Shown: positions 30,752 through 36,355 of the stretch, piece by piece
Layout of the letters: each line of letters opens with the position of its first letter
How positions within the stretch are numbered: position 1 is the stretch's first letter
Source: Craspedostauros australis
Taxonomy: Eukaryota
Assembly (NCBI GenBank): GCA_030167865.1
Contig: JALAGF010004859.1
Coordinates: forward strand, 1-36,355
DNA length: 36,355 nucleotides
Reading direction: 5' to 3'
Program-made: the position numbers and the translations under genes
Notes under the pieces: generated by a model
Database searches by the model: none
Seen by the model: only the letters and a program-made list of their open reading frames with translations
Told to the model about the DNA's origin: nothing

Positions 30752-31720
30752 ATGGTGCTGAAGTTCCAGCGACTGCCTAGGCCGACGAGCCGTAGACAAG
30801 TCGGACTCGTCCACACTTCGGCTGTATCAACAAGAGCGGCAAACCTCCAGTCGTTGATGTGGATGGTACTTTCCATGGTGCTGCTGTGCGCACCGTCAAC
30901 ACAGGTGCTCCTCGGGGCGAGAAATGTTGAAGCACTCGCGGTGGATTTTCGCCATGGCCATTCTCGGTGGTGTCATGGTCTCGACCCTGCCTCCCTTCGT
31001 CGGTCGCAGGTTCAGCTGCAAGCAGCGGAAGGTGACAATGGAAACTTCGAGAACGACGGTGGCGGCGCACCGACCTTGCCGTCTTCCGGGGTGGACGCCG
31101 ACCAAAGTAACGCCGTGTCCGCTACGAAGATCTTCTTGGACATTTCCATTCGGGACGAGCCCGTGGGTCGTCTGGTCTTCGATATCACCAACCCGTCGAA
31201 TCTTCCAATCCACACGGAGAACTTCATTCAGCTCATCAGCGGGTCGCGCCGCAGTATTGACAGCAAAACGCATTACGAAGGCTGCGCCTTCGACTTCCTG
31301 CCCACCAGCATCGAGAGCAACCCGCAGTACCGATGGGGACACAGCTGCAAGGGGCGGGGTCGCAATGCCCTCTACGAGTTCATGAAGAAACCAATCACGG
31401 ATCCTGCCAATCAGCTAATGTCCACGCACTCCTGTTTCGGTGGGCAGTACTATGGCGACTTTGTCGATCTCAGCGGGAACGGCGCCGGCGGTGATCCTTC
31501 AGTAGTCCTCACGGTGCCAGTTGTTGGCCCCGGTTTCGGGTCGTCCAAATTCTCCATCGTACGGGTTGGCGAATCGCCGAAAGAGTGGCGGGAGAGCCTG
31601 CTGATCAACAGCGGCGTGATTGGCATTCTGGACCCGTCCTGTCTGGATGTACTGCAGCTTATGGCACGTCAAACCGTTGGGCCGCCCACAATCAAGAAAG
31701 CAGGTGTGCTGGATGAATGA
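30752..31720 (+). CDS. Cyclophilin-fold protein, divergent and probably lacking PPIase activity; likely signal/plastid presequence (true start may be ATG 30857)
   Basis: KIFLDISIRDEPVGRLVFDI, PIHTENFIQL, HYEGCAF, SCFGGQY and GPGFGSSKFSI align with the cyclophilin scaffold. The hydrophobic MWMVLSMVLLCA...VEA-L segment precedes a transit-like region. Confidence 0.75.
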   Translation: MVLKFQRLPRPTSRRQVGLVHTSAVSTRAANLQSLMWMVLSMVLLCAPSTQVLLGARNVEALAVDFRHGHSRWCHGLDPASLRRSQVQLQAAEGDNGNFENDGGGAPTLPSSGVDADQSNAVSATKIFLDISIRDEPVGRLVFDITNPSNLPIHTENFIQLISGSRRSIDSKTHYEGCAFDFLPTSIESNPQYRWGHSCKGRGRNALYEFMKKPITDPANQLMSTHSCFGGQYYGDFVDLSGNGAGGDPSVVLTVPVVGPGFGSSKFSIVRVGESPKEWRESLLINSGVIGILDPSCLDVLQLMARQTVGPPTIKKAGVLDE

Positions 31721-32848
31721 AAAGACAAGTGCACGGGAGTATCTAGAGAAGTGTCATGGCATGGCGTTGCATGACTTGGCTTGTTTGAAGCGAAGGGATG
31801 GGAGCACCCATGAGCGACAGTCATTTCAACATGCACATTTTTTTACCAAGGCACCTCAAGACGAGCAAGAATAGGAACGTCAGCCTCCGTCCTCGCAACC
31901 AGAACGTTCCACGTGCATGATCAAAATGCAAGAGATTCAGCTTAGGTATCCCATCCCAGATCGTGACATGCTGCGCCGCTCTGCGTTGTGCGGAGCGACA
32001 CGATGTGATACACTCCGACAGCTCTGCACACACCGTGATACTTAGATCGCACGTGTAGATTCTCCTTCCAACGAGCGTGTTATTTGATCATATATACACA
32101 ACTCTTTTGAATGGAGCATGGTCTACAATCCATTGCGGCCAGCCATGGAGTGGACGAGTCAGGTCGCGGCTCGTACGACCTACTAAAGTCCAGTTGAATC
32201 TTCGGGTTGGTGAGATCAGGATGGGTCGCTGAGGAAGAATGACAGAGTAGAGTCCCTTACTGCACTCGTTCCCTGCAGATATATCTTCACCATCCATGGA
32301 GTACAGAGCAACATTTGTGTGTCCTATCATGCCATACGACTACTCTCCATACATAATACAATAGTACCATATGTGCTGTACTGCTGTCCTTCCACTCTGG
32401 TAGCACAAAAGCAGCTTGTGTCGCACATGCGCTCCTGTTACCACCAAACAACAGACATAGCAAATCGTGACTGGAAATCGCGATCTTTCTGGAAACACGA
32501 ATCACTGCATGAAATCAAGTCGAGTCTATAGCAGTACCTCTGAGAACTCACTGACGTCAGTTTCAGCAACTTGCGCAAAACGTTGATGCCGACACTAAGT
32601 CGCACACAGTGCAACGTGCACCAAACACCGACAATGGTGATGCTCATCCGTCAGCGGCAGCCAGTCAGCGACCGCAGAACATTCAACGAGTACATGTATT
32701 GTACGGCGGCACACGCAGCGAAGAGCTTGATTAAGAGCTGCGAACGGTAGTCAGCAAGCAGCAAGCAGCAAGCACCAAGGAGACACGCAACATCCACTCG
32801 AAGACCATTTCTCTGAGAACGGGTACGGAGCACGAAAACGAAAAGGAC

Positions 32849-33733
32849 ATGGCGTTCAACAACCCCACACGAAAGCTTCTGCTCCTGGCGTGCTTGGTGC
32901 TGTCACCTTCGGCATGCGATGGATTCGCGCCGATCATTTCAGTTCCTTCCACCGCGCAGAGAAGACCGTTCAGTGGTGCGTCTGCCGCACTGTCTGCCAG
33001 TCCAGGCACTGATGCAGACGTGGACTTGATCACGTCGGACGAAGAAGGATTCCTGAATGCGGTCGGCGGGTTCCTCGTCGATGCGTTCTGGCTGAATTCA
33101 GAGCATCACCAGCTCGGTGTCAAGCCAGAGGAGGTGGATCCGTCGGTCAAGATGTCGTTGATGATCGAGCAGGCATCGGATTTGCAGGACAAGTACGGGG
33201 AGGTGATGGGCAAGCGGCTCCTCGACGCGTGCGTCATCGCGGCTCTGGATCAGGAAACGAAGCAGATCGTTGGCGTTGTCACTATCAAGGAAACGGTGTT
33301 GGATAAGGACGTTGTGCTGGACGGTGAGCGTGCCGAGGCCGTGTGCAAGAGCACCGTGGCTAGCCTGGGACCGAAGCAACGGCGCGAGTACAAGAACGCT
33401 TCCGTCAAGACCATCGCTACTGAGCTCCTTTCGCCTGACACCAAGGCTGTGTGCGTGCTGTCCAACCTCGCTGTCTCGCCCAATGCCAGAAGACGAGGCA
33501 TCGCCAACGTTCTTTGCGACGAGGCGGAAGCGCTGGCGTCAGATTGGGGCTACTCCCAGATGCACCTCCTTGTGGAGGAGGAAAACACCGCAGCACGATC
33601 GCTGTACGAAGGCAAGCTCGGATATCAATTGGACTTCCGAAAGGAGGAGGACATTGGACTGCGTGCGGATTTGGAGGAAGGAGTCTTTCAAGAGGTCACT
33701 GTGCCAACGCTGGTGCTCTCCAAGAACCTGTAG
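32849..33733 (+). CDS. GNAT-family N-acetyltransferase with a bipartite plastid-targeting presequence, 294 aa
   Basis: Signal peptide LLLLACLVLSPSACDG followed by FAP (ASAFAP-type motif) and an S/A/R-rich transit peptide. LSNLAVSPNARRRGIA is acetyl-CoA motif A; LLVEEENTAARSLYEGKLGY is motif B. Confidence 0.92.
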   Translation: MAFNNPTRKLLLLACLVLSPSACDGFAPIISVPSTAQRRPFSGASAALSASPGTDADVDLITSDEEGFLNAVGGFLVDAFWLNSEHHQLGVKPEEVDPSVKMSLMIEQASDLQDKYGEVMGKRLLDACVIAALDQETKQIVGVVTIKETVLDKDVVLDGERAEAVCKSTVASLGPKQRREYKNASVKTIATELLSPDTKAVCVLSNLAVSPNARRRGIANVLCDEAEALASDWGYSQMHLLVEEENTAARSLYEGKLGYQLDFRKEEDIGLRADLEEGVFQEVTVPTLVLSKNL

Positions 33734-36355
33734 ACACCTGCAGGTGCAGGTGCCAGCTTCGCGGATTCTGCAAAGTGCGAGTATGGAGAATGTGTACCAG
33801 AAGACGCGTACGCTACGATCTATAGCACCCTTCAAAGAGGAGCTACCACCGTGGTCGTCAAAGATTCAAAATAATCCTCATGAACGACTCTCTCCCTGCA
33901 TCTACGAGCTCTTGTCTTGCCTGCCACCGTGCCCACATGAGTACAAATAGGGCTGCCATAGTAGTACTCGCGGCTCGTTTTGGTAGACAGTCACCGTGGA
34001 GCGTGCTGGTCGTCCATTGCATCACGCTTGAGGATCACACCGTGACCTCGTCTCCTCTTGATGGCGCAAATGTGCGAATACACGCGCTTTTTCTCTCAAC
34101 AGCAGCACATTTCGAATGTTGTTCCACCGTGCTGCATGTGCATGTATGTGATCATCGTCGCCAACGGGCAGCCTCCATCTCGAATCTGCGGCTGCTCATT
34201 CCGACAATCAGCCCCCTGAGTCTGGTACCGTACGACGGCTGTCGCCCTGTTCCTTGACTGCGTCAGACATGGAGGGTGGGGTATTGTGTCCGCAGGTCTC
34301 TGCTGGCCTTTTCCGATCATCCCCGCATTCCGTGGGTACATGTCCTCAGGGGAAGGTGACGGCATCAAATGTCACGAACGGGGCACGTTGGTCATGGTCG
34401 TGATTGATTTGGATTGCCAATACTTGGATGAAGTATAATATATTGAAGCTTGTACCGTACGACCTACAACAACTCCAACCGCAATTGCGATCAGAATGCA
34501 AGCACAGGTGGGAGGAGAAAAGGTGGAGCGCGCAGTTGTCGCGAGTGCGTGCACATTTTGCACAACTGCTGATACAACGACGGTGCCTCTTCGCGTGGTA
34601 GATCAGGTCGTACCCCTTCGGGCTCCTCGCATTCATGAGAGACATTGCCACCATCCCTCTGGACCATCACGAGGCCATAGGTACACGGAGACGTGACCGT
34701 TTGTTCAAAACAGGTTCCTTGCTCCCTTCCGAAATGTCTTCTACGAGACATGCTGCACAAGTAGGTGGCGGATGTGTTGCGCAGCGCAGGGCTGCATCTT
34801 TCTCCTCATTGGCTCCTGTGGTAAGCATCACTGGCCTCACAGGCACGTGATGCCAAACCCGTAACTCACGTCCACACCCTCCCCGCTTGTATTGTCACTA
34901 CACGTCAACCAAGATACCTGTTGGGCTGCAACGAGAACGTACGCAGATCGGCGTGTCGGGAAGTTGTATTCTGGTGTTCGAGGAGTTGTTTTGTGTCCCT
35001 ATGATCCTATGGCTTCGGCCTTCTTTCTCACCAGACAAGTACTGCCATCTCCGACACAACATCTAACGACCAAAACCAATCACCCATGGACTACATTTAT
35101 GCGCCGAAATGTCATCACTCGGAACTTTCGGTCATGAATTGTGCGTTTTGTGCCATGATTCTCATCCCAATTCAACCCAGATTCAACCCATGGGTTCGTA
35201 GATCGTGCGCCTCCTCCTCGGCTGCTTGATTGACACGCCCGCACCATGTCAATGGCGCATCGCTGACACCACCGCCTGGCTGGTCACTTTTTCGCAAACA
35301 TTGACGAGAAGTGTACAGAGCCGGAGGTGCGGCGCGAAGGCTCGCATCCTGTTGCGAACGAGCGCATCCCATGCGAAGCAAGGCAGATGAACCCCACCCT
35401 CACTTCAAGTGAAGACTCCCTTGGATAGCAGAGTAATTGTGTGTTGCAAGTATGGTGCAAGTAGCATAGTTGTTGCTGCCTGCGAGAAGAGATTCGGCAA
35501 CCGCATCTGCGAACTGGTGGGAAAGAGCCAAACAAGGCATCATTGATGAATTGAGCGGGACGGAGACGAACGAAGTTGGAGGTGCTTGGGAGCACGAGCT
35601 ATTCTTGCTGGTACGTGGATGGTCGTACTCGTAATTCGTAAGGGTGAAACAGTCAAGGTGCTCGGAGTATGTTCGTCAATGCACCAACAGACAGAGTACG
35701 AGGAGGTAGAGTACACACCAAAGGAGCGTTCTCCACGAATAGACGTACCAATACATAGGAGAGCTGTTCGCATCGCGAACCTCGGCAACTTGCATTCACA
35801 TCTGCCAAGATACTCTGGTCACGGGGCAAAAGAATGAGACTTGCGGATGCCTATTCGTGCGAGTACGATCACCCATCGGTCTTTTGGCACTCAGCCAGAT
35901 CCATGGCACAGCGAAGCGTTGTTTGATGGAACGTGGGATGGTTTGGAATCTGTCAACCGACGCTGCCACGATCACCACAGACGGCACTGGTACCAGTACC
36001 GTGTGGAGCCCTTGTTGAAGTTTGCTGCGAGTGATGCGAGCTACGAGGACCTTGTGATGGTTCGGGGTACCCGAGATGCTCCAGACACGAAGTCGGCGTC
36101 CTCCGCTGGTCTCCCTCTCTCCAGAGAGACTTTGTCCCGCACGTGGGAGAATGAGGAGAAACATGTTCAAGACATCGCTTCGCTCTGCAGGTTGGTGGTG
36201 TTGGCGCCAACTGTCTCATGTTCAACATATCCCTAATGACGTTTTGCTTGCGTCCGGACACTTTCTCTACGTACGACCTGCACCAAATGCAGAATGGGTC
36301 ACGATAGCACTAGTTGTGGAGTTTTACTCGTGATGAGTCGTGATAAAGTAGACTA

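Noticed and set aside
35616..35670. VLVIRKGETVKVLG resembling an SH3 strand
   Set aside because: The match is too short and the conserved SH3 Trp and G-x-x-P motifs are missing.

Overview
This is eukaryotic nuclear DNA, most likely a diatom or another ochrophyte with a complex red plastid. Evidence: GT-AG introns, a bipartite plastid presequence with a G-FAP cleavage motif, and a diatom-style HSF protein. Nine protein genes are supported: (1) a 5'-truncated, two-exon flavin monooxygenase resembling bacterial trimethylamine monooxygenase; (2) a two-exon 2OG-Fe(II) oxygenase whose catalytic residues are complete only after splicing; (3) WDR83/MORG1, whose 100-nt first exon is missing from the ORF track; (4) an intronless, low-complexity protein of about 3160 aa; (5) eIF3m, two exons; (6) an RlmL-like THUMP RNA methyltransferase with a probable mitochondrial presequence; (7) an HSF-domain protein; (8) a degenerate cyclophilin-like protein; (9) a plastid-targeted GNAT acetyltransferase. 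I found no rRNA, tRNA, CRISPR array or intact mobile element. I cannot support a clearly new multi-gene system. The best leads are the Tmm-like FMO next to the orphan 2OG oxygenase, the giant disordered ORF, the contents of the 690-bp WDR83 intron, and an intergenic hairpin or pseudoknot. All homology calls come from motif recognition by eye, not from database searches.
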